63,516 bases of DNA from Glycera tridactyla (Eukaryota), in contig OZ286469.1 in NCBI GenBank assembly GCA_965644265.1, forward strand, positions 41,292,001 through 41,355,516. The letters are read 5' to 3'. Below the pieces are notes generated by a model, which had not been told where the DNA came from, searched no databases, and was given only the letters and a program-made list of their open reading frames with translations. Each line of letters begins with the position of its first letter. The first letter of the stretch is position 1. A program made the position numbers and the translations under genes. This document shows, piece by piece, positions 13,472 to 24,515 of the stretch.

Positions 13472-15209
13472 TAGTGTGAAGTGCATTGCACGGCAGCATC
13501 TCTAGATGAAGTATCAAACTAGAATTATGCAGCGCACCTTGAAATATACTGATCTAGAATAGAAGAGAGCCTGTATTTACACTACAGAAGGAAAGAACCA
13601 TATTGCTCCGAGTGTGAGTACATCTACGATTATCAAGATAACGACAGCGCCAGCGACGGGGCTCACGGTGATCACGTTGGAGCTTTGAATGATTATTCTG
13701 ACACATCAAGCAACAAATCAATGTTGAAAATAATTGCTGAAGTCAGCGTCGAATAGAGATTACTCATCAAAAGAATGTGTTATGTTATTCTCGTACTGAT
13801 AATGAGATATCTTCAGCTAGCCATTTTGGTGTAAATCTCTGAGTGGAAGGCTTCTGGTGGAGCAGTTCGAAAATCATGGTAATATCTCCAAGAAGTACAC
13901 GCCGAAAAGGACGCGATTGTCATAGTTATCTTTGAATATATGAGGTGCTCTATTCACGGGAAGTTCCATCAACCTCAACACCTCAGGGAAAATTGTATGA
14001 TATATCATCGAAGAATAAACAGGTTGAGTAAACAATGCCATATTCAATTACGACCAATGATAGGCATTTCCATCTTGCATCTCTTCGATGCCTGAGGAAG
14101 AATCAGTCAACACCACTGTCAATTTACCTAACCACCACATGTGCTGGTCATATACCCCATATTGGGGCTACATTTTGGGTAAACAGGAGAGCAGGCTTTT
14201 GCATGATGTCGGCTGAATGGCAAAGTGTGATCACCAATCCCCTCTTTCATTGACCCTTACTTATTACACAATAGACCTTAATCATGCCCTGGATTAAAAG
14301 GAAGAGTATGCAATGAAACACACTGGGAAACTCATCACTCGAAAATTCGAAAATAAAGTTTGCAATCAGCCTTTCATATTCAAGGCAGTTAGTTGTTTTG
14401 GGCAAGGAAGAGTGGCTATTGTACATAAAGAGTACCGAAATGACAAATTGTATGACGAAAATAATGAAGTGCGGTGTCAGTGTCATATGTGTAGGTCGAA
14501 TATAATTCGAAGTGACTTTTACGACTGCCATACATCTAACAGTTTTTGATGGATCCACTCACATTCATATATTCCCTGGTGTTTTCCCTCGAAATTACTC
14601 CAATACATATCTCCTAGATTTGCTTTTCTGCTTCTATGATCCTGGAATATTTATTTGTTCACTTATACCTACCGATTGAGGGTGTCTGAGTTGCATTTCA
14701 TCCTAATTGCACCAATTCAGAAGACTCTCTTAATCTATTTCATGATGATGGATATGTCATATAGCTCTTCATAGATCAATCCAACTTTCCCCTTCTGACT
14801 TTGATGCTAGCTTCATGCACATAGACCGAAGGTTGTGGGGAGTGGGTTGTGTTCTCTCCCTCTACATTGGACTCGCATTAATCACCAAATCAATAGGAAG
14901 AAACCACAATCTACCCCATTTTTAAATTAGGAGCCTCATTTCAGGACCCTTGTCGTACCTGCTTGTTTTGTTGCAAACGATTATAAGGGGATTACTGATA
15001 GATTCATTCCAGGATCGAAAGGAATGTGTAGCATTCAGCGGTCCAACAATTGCTCTAGGTTTTCTAATTTGACCTAATCGATCCCTCCTTATCCGTTACC
15101 TACATTTGTCGATTGGCAGTGCCCCCATTTGATTACACTGTTAGGCCTGAAGCTATTCACACCCGAGTGCTGCCACATGTCTCACAAACACTTTGAAAGA
15201 AGAAATGGT

Positions 15210-15413
15210 GACACTTTGATTGGCCAGATGGTGTAGAAAAACACTTTGATTAACAAAATGGTTAGGGAAAGCCCTTTGATTGACCAACTGGTGAAGAAAA
15301 ACACTTTGTTTGACGTTATGGTGAGGATGATCAATTTAAATGACAACAAGATGAAGAAAAACACTTCTGATGAGAAACGGTGAGGAGAGAAACACTTTTA
15401 TTGACAAAATGGT
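15210..15413. repeat. Old diverged 30-bp tandem repeat x ~7
   Basis: acactttgattg...atggtg.agaaaa recurs every 30 nt. Confidence 0.7.
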
Positions 15414-16119
15414 ATACCTGCACATCTGAATGACCATGAAACTTTTCACTGCAGTCACCCATGATAGCTATCCTCAGATCTAGCACTTGAAATCGAGAAT
15501 ACATATCAACAAGATCGTCATGGCACGATAGCTCTTTCCAAATTCCCAATCCATACGCACATCCCATCTGGTCGTCAACGATATCGTACAATCAAATTTC
15601 TTATGCTGGGTCTTGAAACTTTGTGATCCTGCTCTGCATATGGTCGAAGAACGTACATCAATAATGATTTTTTGAAGGGGGCAAATACATTGAAAGTGCA
15701 GTCTATTCTTGGGCCTATGCTGGTCTCAGTTGTTAATGACAGATCGGTCGCTGGTGTACAAAACAAATGGATATAAAGTGAGCTTTTAGAGCCATCATTG
15801 GAATCAAGTGAGGTTCAGGATGAACTCATTATGAAGCGATGGAGATGACCTCTCATGATAATGCACTTTGTTGGTACTGTAAAACACCTGCGACGTCTCG
15901 CACTATGCCCCATTAGTCTATGGCTCAGCACATACACAATTTCCTCATCTCTATGTATGTTAGTGACAGTGGCCATATTATATTCTGTATTTTCATCTGT
16001 ACGTCAGTTGATTCAGTAGACCGGAAAAAGAATAGCTATGAATGTTTTGTGTATAGTATCTTTTTCTTCCATGACCCTTTGATCCTAAGCTGAAAAACGA
16101 TGGTTATTGATAATTTCAT

Positions 16120-16142
16120 AATGATGATGCTGATGATGCTGA

Positions 16143-16215
<73 letters not shown>

Positions 16216-16216
16216 A
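16120..16216. repeat. (GCT)n(GAT)n microsatellite ~260 bp upstream of the receptor ATG
   Basis: Directly visible. Confidence 0.9.
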
Positions 16217-16432
16217 TTAGCGTCTGGTTAAGAAGGAGTTCATAGAACTTTGATTGTCGATTCCATGCAAACATGCTTCCATTTCAGTCATCAATCTGCA
16301 CGAAACAAATCAGGATGAGTGAATATATTTCAATGATTGGATTTTTATGGTATTACAGGTGATGCACCGGAAATCAATACAAATTGTGCAATGAGAAGTA
16401 AATCAGCGTGTATCATCATTCAAATGTGGATG

Positions 16433-16470
16433 TTTCTTTGTCTGGTTGCAGGTGATTCGTGTAATTGCAG
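16433..16470 (+). other. Candidate 3' splice acceptor(s) for the receptor coding exon
   Basis: Pyrimidine-rich tttctttgtctggttgCAG ending at 16451 and a second ttgCAG ending at 16470, just upstream of the first in-frame ATG. Confidence 0.4.
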
Positions 16471-16473
16471 GCG

Positions 16474-17862
16474 ATGCTTTCATTGCGAGCTATGGGTCCG
16501 TCTGCACAGGTCAGCGGAGGGGGTGCAGGGGGTGTTTCCATGATGGACCCGGATGTGACGTCATATACGTGGAAGTCCAATCAAACACAGCCGAGTGTCA
16601 TCAATCTCCACACAGGGATATCTGACCCTGGTTTGGTTGCATACGAGAACGCCACCTATGGTAACACATCTGTACTAACAACCTCCGACCACCACCTAGC
16701 TGTCGCTATCACGAAATTGATCGTCTTGTCCTGTATCATCCTAGCGGCGGTTATCGGAAACATCATCGTCATCATTAGTGTTTTGAAATACGAACGACTA
16801 CGTATTATCGCTAACTCGTTCATCGTTTCGTTAGCGTTTGCAGACCTTCTTGTAGCCGTTCTAGTCATGCCATTCAGTGCTTCCCAGGAGATTCTAGGTT
16901 TGTGGCTATTTGGCCCGACGTACTGTGATATATTCAACGCCAATGACGTCATGTGTTGCACCGCATCCCTCCTACATCTATGCTGCATCAGCATGGACCG
17001 TTATATAGCTATCATAGATCCTTTCCATTATGAAAGTAGGATGACGAAACGTCGTGTTAGCGTTATGTTGATCTCGGCGTGGGGCGCCTCGGCCCTCATC
17101 TCGCATGTACCGATCCACCTAGGTTGGTACACAACGCCGGAACAGAAGGAAGAACTGGAGAATAGTGAATTGTGTGAATTTGTTGTGAACCGTATCTACG
17201 GAGCAATATCTTCGTGCATATCATTCTGGATACCGACATTTATTATGGTTTTCGTCTACGTTAAGATTTTTCGCGAAGCTAGAAGGCAGGAGAAACAGAT
17301 CATGAAAATCACTCATATACGCGATCCAACGTTAGAAAACCTTAATAATAATCCACAGAATGGAGGCGGTGGAGGGAGTGATGGTAAAGCACGAAATGGG
17401 ACGTACCCTTCTAGCCGATTAGCACAAGATCGCAAGAAACTCAAGCGAGAGCACAAGGCAGCCAAAACATTGGGTCTGATTATGGGAGCTTTCCTCTGTT
17501 GTTGGCTGCCCTTCTTCCTCTGGTACGTCATCACAAATACCATCTGCAACGATTGCTATGTACCCGATATTGTTGTCAGTCTCCTCTTCTGGGTTGGCTA
17601 CATGAACTCGGCACTGAACCCCATCATTTATGCATTCTTCAATCGGGACTTCAGGAATGCTTTCCGCAAGCTGTTGCATATCCACAGACTGAAGGCCTGC
17701 CGTTGCCGATGCTGTTGCTCGGCTCGGAGAAGCAGCCACGATACGGCATGTATCGGGGAAGAGATGCAAACCCGCCCATCTAAAGCAGATGTATATGATA
17801 ATTCAACGTCTACACCTAGTCCTAGAACACGTAAATATTACGATAGCATGGATCATACATAA
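16474..17862 (+). CDS. OctbetaR: Class A aminergic GPCR, beta-adrenergic-like octopamine receptor (Oct-beta type), uninterrupted coding exon, ~462 aa from ATG 16474 (alternative ATGs at 16492, 16540, 16543)
   Basis: Seven hydrophobic segments. Motifs: GN in TM1, SLAFADLLVAVLVMPF in TM2, amine-binding D3.32 (16945) in CDIFNANDV, LHLCCISMDRY (DRY at 16996), SSCISFWIP in TM5 (S5.42/5.43/5.46), REHKAAKTLGLIMGAFLCCWLPFFLWY in TM6, FWVGYMNSALNPIIYAFFNRDFR in TM7/H8. N-glycosylation sequons NQT/NAT/NTS; Cys-rich C-tail. The LHLCCIS-DRY, SFWIP, PFFLWY and NRDFR combination is characteristic of Oct-beta receptors. Confidence 0.9.
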   Translation: MLSLRAMGPSAQVSGGGAGGVSMMDPDVTSYTWKSNQTQPSVINLHTGISDPGLVAYENATYGNTSVLTTSDHHLAVAITKLIVLSCIILAAVIGNIIVIISVLKYERLRIIANSFIVSLAFADLLVAVLVMPFSASQEILGLWLFGPTYCDIFNANDVMCCTASLLHLCCISMDRYIAIIDPFHYESRMTKRRVSVMLISAWGASALISHVPIHLGWYTTPEQKEELENSELCEFVVNRIYGAISSCISFWIPTFIMVFVYVKIFREARRQEKQIMKITHIRDPTLENLNNNPQNGGGGGSDGKARNGTYPSSRLAQDRKKLKREHKAAKTLGLIMGAFLCCWLPFFLWYVITNTICNDCYVPDIVVSLLFWVGYMNSALNPIIYAFFNRDFRNAFRKLLHIHRLKACRCRCCCSARRSSHDTACIGEEMQTRPSKADVYDNSTSTPSPRTRKYYDSMDHT

Positions 17863-17985
17863 TAGACAACGAAACCTGTATGTTGCATGTCCATTTTTGA
17901 TCAGCGAAACCATATTATGTAGTTCATGTTGTCCACCATTCCATTGGGGCGAGGCCCATATTGTGGGTGCCCCTGATGTCATATA

Positions 17986-18136
17986 GTAAGAAACCATGCC
18001 TGTGGAATATGTAAGTTGTATCCAATGAGGTGGGAGTGAAGGCGGGAGTTCACGAGGCCGAAGACCGAGTGAACTCCCGCCGCGACTCCCACCAAGTTGG
18101 GTATCACTTGCATATTCCACGGGCATGGTTTCTTAC
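17986..18136. mobile_element. Palindromic (hairpin) MITE-like element in the putative receptor 3'UTR
   Basis: ~68-nt arms (17986-18053 / 18069-18136) with perfect blocks of 15, 10 and 13 bp and loop gaggccgaagaccga. Related fragments at 45541-45634 and 49494-49534. Confidence 0.8.
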
Positions 18137-18244
18137 GTTTATACCATGGATTGGCCAATAGCTCATCTGCTGACACTCTTCTTGACTCCGTCACTGTGCG
18201 TCGCCCTCGCTTTCTTCCGCGTGCGTGCGTGCGCACGTGCATGT

Positions 18245-18251
18245 GTGCGTC

Positions 18252-18303
<52 letters not shown>

Positions 18304-18342
18304 TGTGTGTGTTTGTATGTATGTGTGTGTTTGTGTGTGTGA
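18245..18342. repeat. (GT)n microsatellite in the putative receptor 3'UTR
   Basis: Directly visible. Confidence 0.92.
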
Positions 18343-18867
18343 GTGCACTTTGCAAGACGTGAACTCGCGTAATGAAAGTAGACAATAGACAAGTAGTTCC
18401 AGCATATCGCGCTGGGTGTGGAATAGTCAAGTTATATTCAACACCCCACTATTTCACTCAAATTGACCAATCTATGGTATAACTGGGTTTCGTCCACGTA
18501 TCATATCAGCATAGAAAGCATACTTTATTGGCGTCCGTATTATTACCGAACATCATGCTGTGTAATAAGGTATGGAAGATGAATGGGTGTGTGCATTTCT
18601 CAGCCCTTGAATTATGTATGTGATGTGCCCCAAGCCCAGGAAGAGAATGCCCGGAGCAGCTATTCTCATATCTACATAATCAAGAAGTGGTTGTCAGATT
18701 ATTTGGTTGTACTTAATGGATTTTTTTGTGATACCAAAACTGCGCCTGCATATTCGGTTGAACATTTTCCAAAGTTTGACCTCATGAAATGTCCATGCGA
18801 AATTCTAGAAAATTGGTTTGATGCTAGAATCACAAATCATTGCTTTGACTCTGCAATTTCTCATTCG

Positions 18868-18873
18868 AATAAA
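18868..18873 (+). terminator. Candidate polyadenylation signal for the receptor transcript
   Basis: First AATAAA I found downstream of the stop, ~1 kb after it. Confidence 0.25.
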
Positions 18874-18984
18874 ATCATTTGAATTTGAATTATCCATACA
18901 TAGATCGTTCAAAATCACGTGTTACTTCTCGATTACGAGGACGAAATTATAACTGAGTGAGGCGAATTCGATGCATAGGTATCT

Positions 18985-20555
18985 GCTTAGATGATTCCAT
19001 GAATTCCTATTTCAGTTCGACAAACCATCCATGAAAGCCAAACATTGATATATATGTAGGATACCAGGACTAGTTTCGAGAATCGTACACGAATCAAAAT
19101 GACGGGTGTGCCACTGAGATCACCAGTTCGCATGAGATGAAAATCCAAATACAATGAAAGTAGTATACAGAGGTAGTCTGGTGCTGTTTTGGGGCATACT
19201 ACTAATGAATTTGTGATGATCCAGACTTTCCTCCCCAGTCGACTGATCCTGATACCATTCAAAATCAATGTATTCGATGCTATAGTATGCAATCAATGGA
19301 CATGGGCATCAACATCAGATTAGTATTGCATATCAATGCGAATTATACTTCTCATAACTGATACTACCCGCAAAAGCAAATGACAATGCATGGGTCTCGT
19401 AATTTTGAAATGCAACTATCCCTCAAATGGGGTAGACCACCAATTGCTCTTCGTGCGTAATTCTTCGCTACCTCGCGGGTGTGAGATCAGATGCATCGTA
19501 ATGTATCCAACTGTCCAAGAATGGCAGGTTCCCTCTCATGAGGAAAATTGCATCGGCATGATTATGACAACATATTCCTGGTCAAACAACTGTTATACAT
19601 TTTACTCGTTTTTCCATCATGTTGGAATAGATATTAGCCTTTCACCAGCAATATCACTGACTCAACGACTTCCAGAAACGCTCCAAGATCCAATACCACC
19701 ACTACACCACCACTATCATCAATGCCACAAACATGACCACCACTATCACATACATCCACCATATCCACCACATCGTGTTCACGATAGGCAGGTAGAAGTT
19801 TGTCTGAAATGTCAATTACCTCCACTCGATATTCTCGTACCACATTATTTTGTGTTCAGGGTTGATGAGAAGCATGTCCGCAGGGAAAGAGAGCATCTAG
19901 TTTGCATAGATCAGGGACACGCGGCAAGGCAATCCTCTGGCTTGATATCTGCCCTTAAAATTCGACCTAAACAAACCAGCGAAAGGACTTCACTCCATGA
20001 TGACGGCAAGGGAATGTGCCAGGACACACTTCTGTAACTAACCAAATGTCTCCCTAGTATGACTTCATATGTAATACCATCGGGTATTGGAATTACAGGA
20101 TCTATGTCAATGCGACTACATGGTATCCAATATGGCACTATCTCAAGCCGTGTAGACGATACTCGGTATAGCTAGAGATGGAGAGCAGGAGATGGTGACT
20201 ATCAGCTGTAAGAACGGGTCTGTACTCGGGGACAACATTTGTTGGCAGCGGAAGTTTATGGCCTAAGAAAGCAGCCCCGCTCAATGGCAAACAGGTGCTG
20301 ATGACACTGGGTATACTGAAATGTCCGAGTAGGTACTCCCCTGGCATGCCCACTCGTTTGCAAATCTCCATTTGGGTGCATACATGTGCTGGTGTGTGTG
20401 AGCTGTGTGAGCGCCCAAAGAAAACTAGGCATGTCTGCCGAAAAAAGGATGCCTGGTAAAACACATCTCTTCTGCTGGTGAGTGTAAGAGAAATCAATTC
20501 GAATTTTCACATTCATCCAGTCCACCAGCTGCTCACTGTGTCGAAATGGCCGGGA
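18985..20555 (-). mobile_element. Ancient L2/CR1-type LINE RT relic
   Basis: Degenerate motifs in the correct order on the minus strand: (A)FDTV ~20534-20551, GMPG ~20338-20350, LTADSHHLLLSI (cf. LYADDTQLYLSF) 20177-20212, EDCLA ~19922-19937, LINP, APDYL 19170-19184, WNHL 18988-18999. Many frameshifts and uneven spacing. Confidence 0.5.
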
Positions 20556-23500
20556 TGGGGACATCTTACTCTCAAAACCCAATCATTAAACACATGAATT
20601 TCACTCATGAATCACTAAACCATACAATCAAACGCTCTAGTTCCGGCCAAGATTGAAATGCTTCAATGTATAACCATAATGCGCAATGAAACATCAGTTT
20701 AAAATGAACAGAAAAAGGTAGAGAGTATTCATAATATTAGGCGAGCCAAGATTGATCATGAGATTGATCTAGAAGTAGGAGCCATTTTCATGGAAAAAAG
20801 ACTCATAAAGAGCTACCGAAGTAATCTGTGCAAAGCAGACAGGCTTTCACAACAACCATACAAGATTCATTGAAATCAGAGCACTTTAGCACCTTCAATC
20901 GGCTACCCAAAAAACTGTTAAGATATGTTTCATTTTTTTGTCATCTAAACTGCTTTCTCAAACGAGAGTGGTAAGGCCGGCATCCTTAAAAAGGAGATCG
21001 ACATTAGATCTATTTCCACTACATTACATCTAGCTTTCTCAAATATGTAACAAATAATTATTTTCAACTTTTACATCAATGATAAATTAGGAGTGAAAAA
21101 AGTTAGCCAATTAAACTCCATCTTCGTCTGCCCAGTTGTCCGTACCCATGAAGATTTCACACGAAAAAGTGAATAGGTTGATCATCTTGATACGCTGCTG
21201 TCAGCCAAGCCTGTCTCTCTGTCAAGCAGTACAATTCATTCGTAACTGTCGTTCGCATTCGCTCGTACTGATGTCAGTGTCCACGCCATCCCTTCCCATA
21301 TCAATGATTATGAGTCATTTGTCTCATCGTACACATTTCAAATCGGTCGTGGCATGGTCATCGCAAATTTCTGTCATTTTTTCTGGGACAAATTCCATCC
21401 ATCGACAGAGAATGTATGATCTCGAAGTGTATCAGAATAGTGCCAACAAATCATCATCATACACCTCCTTATTCATCTCAAGGCAAATGTCTCTCAAGAT
21501 TCTGAATGTGACTTTTCCGACTATGTTTAAAAGACCAGGTCCATAGAACTAGGTGCCCCTGGTGATTTCTTGTATCATTGAATGTGGATACTGGGTAGGT
21601 CCCTTTGCCTGGTACTGACGAATGACCTGATTGCGATCCGAGTCAGATTATCGCTCATCATAATCGATGATCTCGACCACTGGCACTCTCTCACTATTAT
21701 GCAATGTTTCACATAACAAATACAGAACCCAATTCATCTTATTTGGTGAAGGTGACGCCCCTCTGCCAGATACAATACGACTATATAAACAAAATAAATC
21801 AGACATGTTTTGGCATTTCTCAAAGAACATATCCATGTGTGCAAAATATCGAGGAGCCTCTAATGACTTGATAATCATTCTGTACATTGACTCTTTGGTT
21901 GGCTTCATATATTGCGAACCCTTGAGGTGACCTGATTATTACTCTCTATCTAGACTGGATGTGTTCATGTTTCTCTTACTGTGGCCGATCGTCATATCTT
22001 GAGCGTCGATATTGCTTGTATAGCATACTATGCACATGCTTGGGTATCGTTGGTTTCCAGTCTCTCTATTTCTTCCCGCCTTACTCTGTGTCTTCTTTCT
22101 CATTTTCATTTTNNNNNNNNNNNNNNNNNNNNNNNNNNNNNNNNNNNNNNNNNNNNNNNNNNNNNNNNNNNNNNNNNNNNNNNNNNNNNNNNNNNNNNNN
22201 NNNNNNNNNNNNNNNNNNNNNNNNNNNNNNNNNNNNNNNNNNNNNNNNNNNNNNNNNNNNNNNNNNNNNNNNNNTCCCCCTCTCCCATGTCTCCACCACT
22301 TTCATTTTTCTTTCTGATAAACACACTCTCCCGCATACTCTATGCCTATCTTTTTTCTCAATATATCTGGCCTTTCCCTATCCCCTAGTCTTTCTCTACA
22401 CCCTACCCCACCCCCTCTCTCTCTCTCTCATTCTCTCTCTCTTTCCGTCTCACTCGCTTTCTGAACCTATGTGTTTCTGTTTGTTTCCATCTCTTCCCTC
22501 TCTATCTCTCTCACCATTCCTCAAAATCTTCTCCATATTTTTCTTCTCTTTTTCGTTCCAAAATACCTGGAACGGAGGGTTGATGTGTCATAGCGTTGTT
22601 CATTTTCACCATTAGGGGCTTCTTTAGGATGCTCTTGCAATTGACATAGGTTTAGCCATCAAATGTTCGGGGTCAATGAATACCAAAGAAGCCATTTCTT
22701 ACAAACTAGCTTTGTCTTCAGCCATGTTATTCGATACCATCACATGATACTCAATGGGGTTTTGTGGATGAGAATAGTTTTTTCTATCATGCTTTCAAAC
22801 TGAAATTGAATGGGCTCTGGTCGTTCAGATAATCATCGATGTACATTGTAATCATCATTTGAATCCTTTGTTCCAGATATTTTGTGGAGAGATAATACGA
22901 AATTGTATTGTAGTATGCCAGCAATTGCATACCACAAATTGTACACAGGTACCCGGTCTGAGACTCAGACATCAATGTACATTTAGAGAGACTGTCATGT
23001 CTAACATACTTTTGCCGGCGGTCTCGGCGCACTCAGCCATCTCTTCTGTCAATAAGTTCTGTCAGCATATCGATTGTTGCATACACAGACAGGCCTGTTG
23101 CTGCTTGACTTGACGATGCGCCGACGTTCAACCATCTTCACAAGTCTGAGCACAGAAGTGAACAAGATAATTGTCTAACAATTACTCACCAAATTTCATA
23201 TAAAGATCTACTTGACACACTTACCTACTCACACAGTTGACACACTTACTAACTCACTTGGTCACTCTCACTTGGTCACTCATACACTTACCCACCGACT
23301 TGGACGCTTACTTACTCACTCACTTACTTGCTTACTCAATCAATCAATCATTCTATTGAATTATTGATTTATTTATCCATTCATTCATTCACCAATCAAT
23401 TGATTACTTATTTTTCAATTATTCATTCACTCCCCTAATGAAAAGTGTCAATGATCACAGAAATATTAACAATTGAAATTATGCCACACAGTTACTATAT

Positions 23501-24102
23501 TTAAGGTTCAATTTCCATATTCTATATCATGATACGCATTCCTCATCACAGGTGTCCACACTTGATATGAGGATGATGATGAATCTTCCTTATTGATTGA
23601 AATTCTTCATATACATTTTCTCGTAGATCGTACTATTCAGTGGATTGTTCCCGGCAATGTACCTCAAATTTGTAAGATATGCATTGTTGTGAAAAATTCT
23701 CAAAACACGACATATGATGAGAACATCGAATACGAAAAGCAAAGTTTCCGAATTGATGAACGTAATCGAAGAATTCGGAAGATATTCTTGTATTTCATCC
23801 GTGACAAGTATCCAGTGAGTTGTATCAGTTGTCTCCACTTCTGATGCACATTGAAAATTCATTTAAAGAACGGTGGCACCTCTTGACCTAAAGGATGGAA
23901 TGTCGAAGTCTTAATCCTTCTTTACTAATTATTTTACTAATTGAGTGGCATTTCAAACTTGCAAGTTTTGTACCCCTTCGCCCACCTCCAGCATATACAA
24001 ACCGAATTGACTATTCAGCAGGTAAGAGCGTGGGAAACGGCGAGAAAGGTACATAGGGATAAAGGCATACAGCAGATAAATAGTCATTTCACCTCATTCA
24101 AT

Positions 24103-24187
24103 CAAAGTTGACAACTCCATTGGAATACATCTCGGTTAACTGATATGTGGTTGGATCTGTGGGACTCGAAACATCTGTTCCAGTTTC
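24103..24187 (+). repeat. Dispersed repeat family, copy 3 (more diverged)
   Basis: ggatctgtgggactcgaaacatctgttccagttt, with upstream agttgacaac and ctcggttaactga also aligning. Confidence 0.65.
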
Positions 24188-24405
24188 AGACCATTTTGGT
24201 AACGATTTTTGTTCGTACCCGCGACGAGCATAAGAATGTAGCTGTCAGACTTGAATCACACAAAATATAGAATAACCCGCGGCCCAACAAGACCAGGGCA
24301 GCTGTGTAGATGAAAAAAGTGACTGCCCGTCTCTAGGATATGCTACCTATCCAATTGCATTCATTGTGACTCTGTGGATGACCCGACGGGGTTTTGTAAG
24401 GATAC

Positions 24406-24515
24406 ATAGACGGACAGACAGACAGACAGATATACAGACAGATAAACAGACAGACAGGCAGACAGGCAGACAGGCAGACAGACGGGTAGTCAGACCGACA
24501 GACAGACGAACAGAC
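24406..24515. repeat. (GACA)n microsatellite
   Basis: Directly visible; similar tracts near 11255, 33766 and 43505. Confidence 0.88.

Noticed and set aside
15182-15364. 60-aa ORF with 10-aa periodicity
   Set aside because: By-product of the diverged 30-bp repeat.
15367-15395. CTGATGAG...GAAAC hammerhead-like string
   Set aside because: No stem II or III pairing; it is part of the 30-bp tandem repeat.
15820-15835. 16-bp match atgaactcattatgaa with ~50999-51014
   Set aside because: Too short to assign; possibly a fragment of an old repeat.
16656-17783. Antisense and alternate-frame ORFs over the GPCR; likewise 59393-61822 over the LINE
   Set aside because: They are shadow ORFs of real coding sequence with no motifs.
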